Part shown: in pieces, positions 9,155-18,132 of the stretch
Layout: each line of letters begins with the position of its first letter
Numbering within the stretch: position 1 is the stretch's first letter
Assembly (NCBI GenBank): GCA_964624115.1
Contig: CAZUXI010000001.1
Location: 35,548 to 99,547, forward strand
DNA: 64,000 nucleotides
Source of the DNA: an uncultured Candidatus Peribacteria bacterium
GTDB taxonomy: Bacteria; Patescibacteriota; Gracilibacteria; UBA1369
Reading direction: 5' to 3'
The notes under the pieces: generated by a model
Seen by the model: only the letters and a program-made list of their open reading frames with translations
What the model was told of the DNA's origin: nothing
Database searches by the model: none
Position numbers and translations under genes: made by a program

Positions 9155-9442
9155 ATGAATTATACGATTGTTTTTCATGAGAAGGTTTGGAGTGAAGATT
9201 TTGAGAAATTGGATATTCCGGTGCGTAAGAAGATCTTTAAAGCGATTGAGAAAAAACTTACCACCAATCCACTTGATTATGGGAAAGCACTGACAGGTAA
9301 TCTGCAGGGGTTTTTCCGATTACGAGTTGATGATTATCGGGTGGTTTATTCGATTCGTGAAAAAGAGGTTGCTGTTTATGTCTTAAAAGTTGGTTTCAGG
9401 CGGGATATGGAGGTTTATTTTGAGGTGATGAAGAGGATTTAA
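9155..9442 (+). CDS. RelE/ParE-family toxin
   Basis: MNYTIVFHEKVWSEDFEKLDIPVRKKIFKAIEKKLTTNP...FRLRVDDYRVVYSIREKEVAVYVLKVGFRRD, which is a typical RelE/StbE pattern. It is paired with the antitoxin gene. Confidence 0.75.
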   Translation: MNYTIVFHEKVWSEDFEKLDIPVRKKIFKAIEKKLTTNPLDYGKALTGNLQGFFRLRVDDYRVVYSIREKEVAVYVLKVGFRRDMEVYFEVMKRI

Positions 9443-9996
9443 GTATACCCGGAAGCGATTGGTTACTTGACGATTGTAGTAAAGAGTTCCGTCCCGGGAC
9501 GGCGAGAATTGGCTTTTTTGCTTATGGGGAAGCGGTTGAGTGTAAAAAAACTTGGTGATTCTTGTAGAATAATGGAGGGTGGAGTATTGACAAAATGTCA
9601 ATTTAATGATAAAAAGGTTCTCACGATTGATTTTGGGAGGCTTCTCGGATGAAAAGTTTTGGCTTTTCGGAGCTATAACACTTGATTCCGGCGGGGTTAA
9701 CCAGCGGTTGTGAGATCTTTGACACAACGGATACTTCAAATTATTAGGCTTTTGACTCTTTGAGCTGAAAGTTTACAGGGCCAAAACCTGTTCACCGGTG
9801 AAAGTGAATAGGTTTTGGCTCTGTGGCATTTTGCACGGAGTCGAAAATTCGCACTGCTCATGCAGTGCACACTTACCTTTACTTCACTTTACTTCCTTTG
9901 GATTCAAAAGGCGTTTGCCTCAGAATCCACTTAACCTCTTAGCGAAATGGTTCGCTGAGAGTTGTCTTTTCTCTAACCCATGAAAGGTTGACTCCC

Positions 9997-11928
9997 ATGT
10001 CGACCCTCCGACCGCCTCCTGGTGGTTCTGCAGTTCCTCCCGTCCCGCCCACCACCCCCCACCCTAGTTGCCGTCCCCACCCCACACCCCCCCCGGTTTA
10101 CCCCTTCCCAACCCCACCGCCCCCAACCACCCCCCCCCCCCCCTCAGGTACCGCCATGAACCAGACCACCGATCCGCTCGACAACGCCATAACAGCTCCC
10201 CGCCAGCTCCCCTCGCTCCCCGTCATCGCCCCCGTCGAGATCCCCGGCGTCCCCCCGCCCAGCCCGTGGCCAAAGCGTCTCGGGAGGGCGGCGACGCTCG
10301 GACTTCTCTTCACCTCGGGGAGCTGCGCCTGGTATGGTTACCAGGCCTGGAACACCGGCAAAGAGTTCATCGAAATCCTCCCCGTCCTCCCCATGGTCGT
10401 GGTGGCACTCGCCATCATGGTCGTCACCTTGCTGTTTCCCATCATCGTGGGAATGCTCAAGGAACTCGTCGGGGACACGTCCAACGCCGCCAACAAGAAG
10501 CCGATTGTCGCCCAGATCGTGGTCTCCATGATCATCGCTGGCGTCATCGTGTACTTGTTTGATAGCTCGGCTGGGGTCGTGTTCCATGCCGTGGGCACCG
10601 ACACCACCAAGAAGCTCGGATTCCTATCCTTCCTCGGCTGGCTTGGCTGGACGGGGCACAGCTTCGGGTGGTTCCGCTCCCTCCCGGCCCTCATCGAGGA
10701 CGAGCAGAAGGACACCCCCCTCGCGCTGTGGAGCTCGAAGTCCGTCTGGGCCGCGAGCGCCATCGCGGGCACCGGCGTCGCCGCGCTCTTCAGCCACGCG
10801 TACACCTGGATGTTCAACTCAGCCCTCCACTTGCTCGGCGCGAGCCTCGCTTGTGGCCTCGGGTTGGTCTTGATCGCCGGGCTGGGCGGGTGGATGTGGA
10901 GCAAATCGATCCGTGGTGCTGGCAAGGCTAGCTCGCTGTACGAGCAGTCCAAGAACGAAGCGAAGAACGAGCAGAGCTGGTTCACGTTGGTGAAATTCGT
11001 CATCCTCGTGGTGGAATTGTCCGTCGGTCTCTTCATCGGGTTGGCCATGTGGCCGCACGACCCGGGCTTCGGGCCCTACCACCTCCTGGCGATCGTGACA
11101 GGGTTCGTCTCGTTCTTGATCACCTTCAGCTTCGTGGGGAGCGCCGTCAACATGGCCTACCACAAGGACCAGGGCAGCAAGAAGACCTGGTACGCCATCG
11201 GGCTGTCGCTCCTGATCGCCACCATCACCGGCATCTTCTCCAGCTCAGAGATGTACGCCCTCGTCAGCCGTAACGACCGCTTCGAGAACGAGAAGGCAGA
11301 GATCCTTCAGCAGAGCAACACCTTCATGAGCAATGCCACCACCCCGGCCCTCGTCGTCGCGAAAGCGCTCGGCGGGGACACCGGCAAGTCAATCAGCGAC
11401 GGAGTGGACAAGGCCAAGAGCGGCGTCGAGCAGATCCGGCGGGCGACCGACCGCGAGCAACTCGAGACCGCCACCGCCGAGTTCATGAAAGGTGCCACCG
11501 CCATGAGCAACCGGGACGACGACCGGAAGCTCCTTACCAACATCAAAGTGAACCCCGAGCCGGTGAGCGTCCAGCTCTTCGTCGACGCCATGACCAGCAT
11601 CTTCGGCGGCAAGGGCTACCTCCACAAGGGTGCCTTGCTGGCGGCGTTCGGCCTCGTGTTCATCTTCGACTTCGCCGCGTTGTTCGCGGCGCTGATCACG
11701 ATGGCGCGCAGCCCGAACCGCTTCGCCAAGGCGAAAAGCAAGCAGATGCTGGAGCTCGAGGATGCTGCAGAAGAGGCCAAGCAGCGCGCTGAGCTCGCCG
11801 AGCAGATCGCCCAGTCGAACAAGAAGATCACCGGCACCCACCAGCAGCCCGCGCCCCAGTCCCTCCTCGTGACCCCCACCCCGCAGGACGTCGCGGCGGT
11901 CAGCCAGGGCCGGTCCGTCATCAAGTAG
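9997..11928 (+). CDS. Orphan polytopic membrane protein with a Pro-rich N-terminus, carried on GC-rich cassette 1
   Basis: This is the only coherent frame among more than 10 overlapping ORFs. It uses G/C-ending codons throughout (atc, ttc, ctc, aag, gag, gcc). AAAGG lies 8 nt upstream of ATG 9997. It has about 9-10 hydrophobic helices and a charged C-terminal region. I recognise no family. Confidence 0.65.
   Translation: MSTLRPPPGGSAVPPVPPTTPHPSCRPHPTPPPVYPFPTPPPPTTPPPPSGTAMNQTTDPLDNAITAPRQLPSLPVIAPVEIPGVPPPSPWPKRLGRAATLGLLFTSGSCAWYGYQAWNTGKEFIEILPVLPMVVVALAIMVVTLLFPIIVGMLKELVGDTSNAANKKPIVAQIVVSMIIAGVIVYLFDSSAGVVFHAVGTDTTKKLGFLSFLGWLGWTGHSFGWFRSLPALIEDEQKDTPLALWSSKSVWAASAIAGTGVAALFSHAYTWMFNSALHLLGASLACGLGLVLIAGLGGWMWSKSIRGAGKASSLYEQSKNEAKNEQSWFTLVKFVILVVELSVGLFIGLAMWPHDPGFGPYHLLAIVTGFVSFLITFSFVGSAVNMAYHKDQGSKKTWYAIGLSLLIATITGIFSSSEMYALVSRNDRFENEKAEILQQSNTFMSNATTPALVVAKALGGDTGKSISDGVDKAKSGVEQIRRATDREQLETATAEFMKGATAMSNRDDDRKLLTNIKVNPEPVSVQLFVDAMTSIFGGKGYLHKGALLAAFGLVFIFDFAALFAALITMARSPNRFAKAKSKQMLELEDAAEEAKQRAELAEQIAQSNKKITGTHQQPAPQSLLVTPTPQDVAAVSQGRSVIK
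10130..10143 (+). repeat. Poly(C) tract of 14 nt inside the CDS (codes TPPPP); a second C8 tract lies at 10087-10094
   Basis: Counted directly from the sequence lines: ...aaccac cccccccccc ccc tcagg. Confidence 0.9.
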
Positions 11929-12167
11929 TTGGCAACTCCAAGCCCCAGCAACCCGGCTGGCTAAATACAGGGGAGCTCCAACGTACGCGACGTTGTTGAG
12001 CTCAAGGTAAGGCCACAAACAAAAAGGGAGCGTTTGATTGATTTCACGCTCCCTCCCACAGAAGTATCTGTTGTGTCCTACCTCTTGTTTCTTCAGATGA
12101 AGAGATAGAAGGTAGGAAGAAAGATTGGATTGATGAGATTTACCTCATTTGCCAGGTGAATTTTTTG

Positions 12168-13754
12168 TTATTCTTGTTCTGGTTTTTCGTTATCCAGTGT
12201 TTTTTTACCGTAAACCATTGGCATGATGGCTTTCATGAACTCTTCTGGATTGTTTTTTGAAGGAGGGAGTTCTAAGCCAGAGCCACCACCTTTGGTTTTT
12301 CCACCGTACATTCCGGTAGCGTCATCGAGTTTCAAGTAGAAGGTACCGTTGAATTTTGGTGTCCAAGATTTGTCATCATTTTGGTAAGCATAATCTTTGA
12401 CGACCACTTTTTGGGTGTAGCCTTTGTCGACGTACTCTTTGTCTGTGGTTGCATCCAAATCGGTCACGGTGAGGTTATGTTTTGGTAAATGACGGAGGTC
12501 CTCAAGCATTTGTTTGCCTTTATCACGATCTAAACCATCAAGTTTTGCTTTGAGATCAGCGGCTTTCATGTTTTTAAGATCTGATACTTCAGAAGTTTTT
12601 GGATCGTTCGCTTTGAGGGTGAGGAGTTTTGAGTTGTAGGTACCATCTGCGTTATAGGTGATTTCCATGCGTTGTTCACCGAGTTTGGCGTACGTAGTTT
12701 CACCTACTTTTGCTGGAGGGTTGTCGATCACAAAACCTTGATCGGTTAATTCTTTTGTTCGTTTTGCGACGTCCGCGTTTTCTTTGGTCTCAGGTTTTCT
12801 TGGTGCTGGCGGTGGGGTAACTGGAGGTGCTGGGGTTGGTTTTACAGGTACTGGCGGTGGGGTGACTGGAGGTGCTGGGGTTGGTTTTACAGGTGCTGGC
12901 GGTGGATTTGGTGCCGGTGTGTTTGCCCGAGCAGCATCGAGTTGGGCTTTGACCCATTCGGCAGTCATTACTTTGTTGGCTGTGTTGTTGAGAACTTTGT
13001 CTGGGTCTTTACTATCTACTTCCAGTTTTTGGAGATGGTCGGCATTGTCCCAACCTGGAAATTGACCTTTCATAGCGGCTAAACCCTGACGGCTCATTTC
13101 GCCGGTTTCTGATAATGCAGAAAGGCGAATGGCTTCTTTGAGCCATTGGCGGTTATTTTTCAGATCATCAGTATCACCGGGTTTTTCTGGATTGAGTTCG
13201 ACCCATTTCATGGCTGCTTGACGGAGTTGGTTTCGGGCGAGCTCGGAATCGGTGGTTTCGATGTCGATGACTTTGAGGGGTGATGGTTTGAGTTTACCAT
13301 CTTCGGTGTAGAGGGTTCGTACTTCGTCGAGTTTTGTTTTAAGTGCATCCGCCGCATCTTTTTTCTCCTGGTCGGTATATGGGATCATTTTTTCTGGATT
13401 TCCACCGTCTGATTTTAAACCGAATTCAGCTTTACGAGCGTCCATGATTTTGTCGTCAAGTTCGTGGAGTTGATCGCGGTTGGCTTTATCTGGTTCGAAT
13501 TGGTATTTTTTGAGCATCATGACGGACTGACCAATGATTGCGTTGCGGCCTTCTGGATTTTCTTTATCCTCACGAGCATTTGGGGCATCAAAATCTTTGG
13601 CATTTGGTGATGCTTCTGCATTAAGCTCCTGGCCACGGAGGGCTTTGAAGTTTTCCGGTTGGCCACCTTCAAAAACCAAACGATTGGTGAGTTCGAGGGC
13701 TGCGGCTACTTTACAGCTGAGGAGGTTACGGGTGTTAAAAAAGAGTTTTTTCAT
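12168..13754 (-). CDS. Hypothetical protein, paralog A (528 aa) with a Pro-rich tandem repeat and a unique C-terminal domain
   Basis: The N-terminal ~190 aa align with ORF 13796..14614 (RLVFEG, PNAKDFD, EGRNxIxGQ, MLKxYQxEPD, PLKVxDIExTDxELARNQLR). I recognise no family. Confidence 0.6.
   Translation of the reverse strand: MKKLFFNTRNLLSCKVAAALELTNRLVFEGGQPENFKALRGQELNAEASPNAKDFDAPNAREDKENPEGRNAIIGQSVMMLKKYQFEPDKANRDQLHELDDKIMDARKAEFGLKSDGGNPEKMIPYTDQEKKDAADALKTKLDEVRTLYTEDGKLKPSPLKVIDIETTDSELARNQLRQAAMKWVELNPEKPGDTDDLKNNRQWLKEAIRLSALSETGEMSRQGLAAMKGQFPGWDNADHLQKLEVDSKDPDKVLNNTANKVMTAEWVKAQLDAARANTPAPNPPPAPVKPTPAPPVTPPPVPVKPTPAPPVTPPPAPRKPETKENADVAKRTKELTDQGFVIDNPPAKVGETTYAKLGEQRMEITYNADGTYNSKLLTLKANDPKTSEVSDLKNMKAADLKAKLDGLDRDKGKQMLEDLRHLPKHNLTVTDLDATTDKEYVDKGYTQKVVVKDYAYQNDDKSWTPKFNGTFYLKLDDATGMYGGKTKGGGSGLELPPSKNNPEEFMKAIMPMVYGKKTLDNEKPEQE
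12802..12905 (-). repeat. 45-nt tandem repeat, about 2.3 copies, coding (VKPTPAPPVTPPP)x2
   Basis: On the plus strand, ggtgctggcggtggggtaactggaggtgctggggttggttttaca (12802-12846) repeats at 12847-12891 with 2 mismatches. A partial third unit follows. Confidence 0.9.
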
Positions 13755-13795
13755 ATGGGTTTTTAAATGATTTTTTTATTAATTTATTGGTTTAT

Positions 13796-14614
13796 TTATG
13801 AGCGAGCGGTGTCGAGGGCGGATTTGAGGTTCTTTGCAGCTTCGGTTTTATTTATTTTTCGTGTTAAGGGAGGAGTATCTTTTGGGTTATCATTAATGCC
13901 TATTTTGGTTGCATTTGAACCGAATTTTGCTTTTACTTGTTCTGCTGTTTGGTTGTAGAGCTCGCCAGTTTCAGCATAGATGGAAAGTGCGAGGGCTTTT
14001 TTTAGATTTGCGAGATTATCTTTATTTTTATCGGTTTCTTTGGTTTCTTTGAGGAATTTTTGTGCTACTGCACGGAGTTGGTTACGTGCAAGCTCGGTAT
14101 CAGTGGCTTCGATATCAACTACTTTTAAAGGTGGTGGAACGAGTTTGTTCGTTTTAGCGTCGGTGTAGAGTCCACGAACTTTATCGAGTTGTGTTTTAAG
14201 TTCAGTGGCAGCAGTGGTCTTTTCTGCTTCGGTGTATTCTTTTCCATCATCTTTTAAGCCGGCTTCTGTTCTACGAGATTCAACGATGAGTGAATCGAGA
14301 CTTCTTAATTGCTGACGTTTTCCTTCAGTTTCAGCGGTACCGGTATCTGGTTCGTATTGATAACGTTTTAACATCAAAATGGCTTGGCCACGGATAATGT
14401 TGCGGCCTTCAGCGGTTTCTGCTTTTTCACGAGCGAGGTCTTTGTCAAAATCTTTCGCGTTTGGTTCTTCACTTTGCAAATTCGGCTCCACATCACGAAG
14501 GGATTGGAAGTTTTCAGCAGTTGGACCTTCGAAGACTAACCGTTGGGTGAGTTCGATGGTGTTTTTTGCTTTACAGCTGAGGATTTTTCCAGTGAGGAAA
14601 AGTCTTGTTTTCAT
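13796..14614 (-). CDS. Hypothetical protein, paralog B (272 aa)
   Basis: It shares the N-terminal domain with ORF 12168..13754, on the same strand and 41 nt apart. Confidence 0.6.
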   Translation of the reverse strand: MKTRLFLTGKILSCKAKNTIELTQRLVFEGPTAENFQSLRDVEPNLQSEEPNAKDFDKDLAREKAETAEGRNIIRGQAILMLKRYQYEPDTGTAETEGKRQQLRSLDSLIVESRRTEAGLKDDGKEYTEAEKTTAATELKTQLDKVRGLYTDAKTNKLVPPPLKVVDIEATDTELARNQLRAVAQKFLKETKETDKNKDNLANLKKALALSIYAETGELYNQTAEQVKAKFGSNATKIGINDNPKDTPPLTRKINKTEAAKNLKSALDTARS

Positions 14615-14763
14615 GTGAGGGTTTTATTTGTTTTTGATTTTTGCTTCGGCTTTCCATTGGGAAATCTTTAAATTATACCATATCTTTTTTAAATGTAAAA
14701 TACATTTAAAGCTCCAACGGAAGAATGGCTGATTGCCTTCGCTTTTGCCAAAAAAACTTATCC

Positions 14764-17700
14764 CTAGGTATTTTTGAGGAATTTTTCTAATGTTTCGAAG
14801 TGTCCCTGGGCGAAGGTTTCTTCAAAGGGCATATACGCGGGGAGTCTCACTCGGGTGCGGGTGGCTACGGTTCCGTCAGTTTTTTGGACCTGTTCCTGGA
14901 TGGTTACGGCTTTTTTTTGGAGTTCAGCGGCTTCTTTTTGGGATTTTTCTTGTTCGTACCTGGCGTATCTTTCCAGACGCTCCTTAATGCTGAGATATTT
15001 CAGAAGGTTTGGCTGGAGTACCTCAAGGTATTTTTTTCGTGCTTCCTGGATATTATGGCTGAGTTGATCTTCAATTTGGTGTCTGGTTTTCTGGGTGATG
15101 TGGGGAATGTTTTGCGGCTTTCTGATGGCTTCAAAAATCTCTCTGATCCAGGGGGATTCGTCTTTTTCTTCCAGATCGTAGTAAAGCACTCCCAGACGGG
15201 TTTTGGTTTCGAGATCTTGGCCTTCTTCAGCGTCTTGAAACAAAGCCCTTCGTAATGCACTTTCCGCATCACGTTCGTGTCGTTGGTGTACGGTATATAA
15301 TGTTGTTCCTGCATCGGTTGTTGTTGCTCCCAGGTCATAGGAGAGTGGAAGTGTGTAGGCTCTTGAGCGACGGACATATACTTCGGTGGGCAGTGATTGT
15401 TTGGTGTTTAAGTCTTCATAGAGTTTTTTCAGGTCAAAAATACGTTCGTAATATTTTTTCCCTCCGATGGTAACGACACGGAAAAGGGTGACTTCTGCAA
15501 GTTCTGCTGGCGCAGGTTGTGGCAGTTGTTCACCGATGAGCAGGGGCTCAAAAATTTTTTTTATTTTGGCACGGTTGGTTTCGAGTTTTTTTCGTTCCGC
15601 TTCGGCACGTTTTTTTCGAATGAGCTTGTCACGGTCGGTGAGGTCGATGGCCATTTCTCCGACGTTTCTTTCAGAAGTGACCGTTGGGGGTAAATCTGGT
15701 TCTGGATGGGATGATGGTGGTGGGACTGACGGTGGGCTTTGATCAGGCGAAGGAATGATTGCATTCTTGTCCGGACTTGGTGGGGCTGGTGGTTCTGCAG
15801 GTATTAGAACTGGTTTTGCTTTGCGGACAAGGACTTTACATAAAACTTCCAAAGCAAGGAAATGTATTTCTGAAAATAATGGTCCCATGACCCCTTGCAC
15901 GGTGCTTTCGTTTTCTCCGAGCAATTGAGTGGGTATGCCATTTTGATCAAGCAGGCGGATATGCATTTCTCCGTTCGGGTTTATTTGGAGATGTAATGGT
16001 TCGACGTTTGTTCCGGTAAGGGTAACGTAGCCGCTTAATCCGACCTCGGCGTTTTTGACTGATTTGGCTGGTTTTACCTTGGCTTGGGTGTAATATTTGG
16101 TGAGTGCGGAAGTACAGGAGGATAGGTCCAGGATGTTACCAGCTGAGGAAATATGGCTGGATTTCTCATCTTTTAAGGTTTGGATAAGCCCATTCAGGTC
16201 ACGGAGTGGATAGGGGCCATTGAGATCTTTCAGCGTAAAATGCTGAATATTTTCCAATGCCTTTGTGTGAGTAATATCAAGGGCTTTGATGGCTTGAAGT
16301 TCCTCAATACTTAGGCTAAGAAAGCTCATTATATACTCGTCTGTGACGTCAAAATTTTTCCGTGATCGGAGTCCATAAGCAATGAGTTTAATTTTTTTGG
16401 CCGGTTTTAATTTGCTGTTATCCAGAATGTTTTTGAGTACCAGGAGACTGTTCTTTACACCTGCGTTTAATGCTTTTTGTGCGAACTTCTCAAGGAGTTC
16501 TTCTTCTGCCTGACCATCATGAAGGTTGAGGAGTCCGGCAAATACTTCGGCAGCGTTGTACGCGGTCTGATAGTTATTTCCAAAACATTCGGAAACAATT
16601 TCGTTCAAATGACTCGCCATTTTTTGCCAACGTTTGGCTGAAAAAAAGTTAAGAAAAAAGTCGATTCCCGGCTCAGTGAGATCCTCAATGTTGTCATTTA
16701 TCTTTCCATCGGTTTGATACCAGGTCAGAAGTGCTCGAATGGTGTTTGGTTTTTGAGCTATGAGGTCGAGAATTTTTTCTGGACATTGTTCAGCAGCCGG
16801 GAGGCCTTGATTGTAGTTATATCTTTCAACGAGTTCGAGTGGATTTTCAGCTTTTTCAAGGACTCGTTGATAAGCTTCACGTTTTTTGTTGAAGACTCTT
16901 GTTATCTTCTGGAGTGTTTTTGGGTCGGTGGTCGTTTTTTGGTATGCAGCAAATTCTTCATTGATGGGGCGAAAGGTTGTATCAAGCCAATTCCTGTATA
17001 TTTTGTAATCAGCAAAATTTGGATGTTCTACGGCACTTTGAGGGTTTGCCCCTGACTCTAACCAGATGTGTTTCCAGATTCTGGCGATCGACTGGATATG
17101 TCCGGCCGGTATAGCGAGTGACCGGTTTGGTTTGATATCGATCTTTATGCCTCTTTGTTCCAGCATCAAGGCAAAATTTGCCATTTCCTGATAAAGTTTT
17201 GTTAAAAAATCTCTTTGCTTTGAATACTCTTGTATTGCCCGTTCGGATAATTGGGAAGTGTTGAGTTCCAATGGTTTTGCCTCGCGTAAAAAGGTCAGAA
17301 CGTAGATGAGACCTAAGGCTTCTTTTTGCCGCTCATTCTTTTGTTCTTCATCTGATTCATTGGCAAAGTGACTTGTGGCGTAGGTATCAACAATATGGAA
17401 AAGTGCGCTTTTAAATTCAGTTTCTACTACCGATTGAACGATTTTGATTATTTCTGCCTCGTCATGAGTATGCAAAATCTGCGTGGCGATTCTACTATAC
17501 AAATACAGCAATGGTCTCGCGATGCGGTCTGAGAGGCAGGCAGTTTCTACATTATGTTTTTGATGTTTTGCCAGAACACGGTCACTATCGACGGAATTGG
17601 TTTTCATCATGAATTCATCATTTTTGCTTACGCTTTGGACTTTTTTTATTAAGCGACTGATTAATTTGGATATCCGTGGATCACCCAGTTGTCCGACTCG

Positions 17701-18132
17701 GCAGAGGAGGGTTTTATGATCAACAAACTCACGGAGGAATTCAGGTGATTTTTCTGTCGCTAAAAAATTTATTGCGTCCTGCTCACTTTCGCCCAGTGCC
17801 GCTTGAAGATATCTTGAAACGGGCCAGAGACCATTGTGTAAGGTAGCGAGCAATGCTGCCGGGGTCTGTGAATCAAAAAGATCTTCGTGTGCCATCACTT
17901 GAAGTAAATCTAAAAGCGTTTGGAGATCGTGATCTGATAATCCGATAGGATTATTGGAATGGAGTTTACTCTCGATTCTAGTTCCTTGACTTAACCAACG
18001 GGTTTTCAAAATATCGGGGACGTTTTTCCCTTTCGCTTGAAGTGCATTGAGAAATGGTAAGTATTTTTCTTCTGCAAAGGTCAACTGCTCTTGTCTTTCT
18101 CTTAACGCCTCTTCTTCAGGAAATAATGGCAT
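14764..18132 (-). CDS. Giant helical ORFan (about 1122 aa) with an internal Pro-rich linker
   Basis: Uninterrupted ORF 14764..18150. The first ATG is at 18132 (MPLFPEEEAL); a TTG at 18150 is an alternative start. It has no signal peptide or TM and uses native C/A-ending codons. The Pro-rich segment is PAEPPAPPSPDKNAIIPSPDQSPPSVPPPSSHPEPDLPP. Confidence 0.6.
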   Translation of the reverse strand: MPLFPEEEALRERQEQLTFAEEKYLPFLNALQAKGKNVPDILKTRWLSQGTRIESKLHSNNPIGLSDHDLQTLLDLLQVMAHEDLFDSQTPAALLATLHNGLWPVSRYLQAALGESEQDAINFLATEKSPEFLREFVDHKTLLCRVGQLGDPRISKLISRLIKKVQSVSKNDEFMMKTNSVDSDRVLAKHQKHNVETACLSDRIARPLLYLYSRIATQILHTHDEAEIIKIVQSVVETEFKSALFHIVDTYATSHFANESDEEQKNERQKEALGLIYVLTFLREAKPLELNTSQLSERAIQEYSKQRDFLTKLYQEMANFALMLEQRGIKIDIKPNRSLAIPAGHIQSIARIWKHIWLESGANPQSAVEHPNFADYKIYRNWLDTTFRPINEEFAAYQKTTTDPKTLQKITRVFNKKREAYQRVLEKAENPLELVERYNYNQGLPAAEQCPEKILDLIAQKPNTIRALLTWYQTDGKINDNIEDLTEPGIDFFLNFFSAKRWQKMASHLNEIVSECFGNNYQTAYNAAEVFAGLLNLHDGQAEEELLEKFAQKALNAGVKNSLLVLKNILDNSKLKPAKKIKLIAYGLRSRKNFDVTDEYIMSFLSLSIEELQAIKALDITHTKALENIQHFTLKDLNGPYPLRDLNGLIQTLKDEKSSHISSAGNILDLSSCTSALTKYYTQAKVKPAKSVKNAEVGLSGYVTLTGTNVEPLHLQINPNGEMHIRLLDQNGIPTQLLGENESTVQGVMGPLFSEIHFLALEVLCKVLVRKAKPVLIPAEPPAPPSPDKNAIIPSPDQSPPSVPPPSSHPEPDLPPTVTSERNVGEMAIDLTDRDKLIRKKRAEAERKKLETNRAKIKKIFEPLLIGEQLPQPAPAELAEVTLFRVVTIGGKKYYERIFDLKKLYEDLNTKQSLPTEVYVRRSRAYTLPLSYDLGATTTDAGTTLYTVHQRHERDAESALRRALFQDAEEGQDLETKTRLGVLYYDLEEKDESPWIREIFEAIRKPQNIPHITQKTRHQIEDQLSHNIQEARKKYLEVLQPNLLKYLSIKERLERYARYEQEKSQKEAAELQKKAVTIQEQVQKTDGTVATRTRVRLPAYMPFEETFAQGHFETLEKFLKNT

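Noticed and set aside
9383-9983. ORFs 9383..9739 (-), 9467..9652 (+) and 9798..9983 (+)
   Set aside because: They show no recognisable similarity, have poor start contexts and overlap the hairpin-dense spacer. I treat the region as non-coding.
9990-12010. GC-rich cassettes as metagenome assembly chimeras
   Set aside because: Three separate short blocks each contain exactly one complete gene with an SD and a terminator. Each is flanked on both sides by contiguous native genes. Two lie next to the same repeat element. This still needs read-level confirmation, which I list under the findings.
10068-12018. About ten additional long ORFs on both strands inside cassette 1 (for example 10338..11048 -, 11389..12018 -, 10068..10562 +)
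   Set aside because: Their Arg/Pro/Gly/Ser-rich low-complexity translations are typical of out-of-frame or antisense reading of GC-rich DNA. Only 9997..11928 gives TM helices, has an SD and shows a consistent GC3 bias.
12802-12905. Possible CRISPR-like array
   Set aside because: These are directly abutting 45-nt units without spacers, in frame inside a CDS and encoding a Pro-rich repeat. No cas genes are present.
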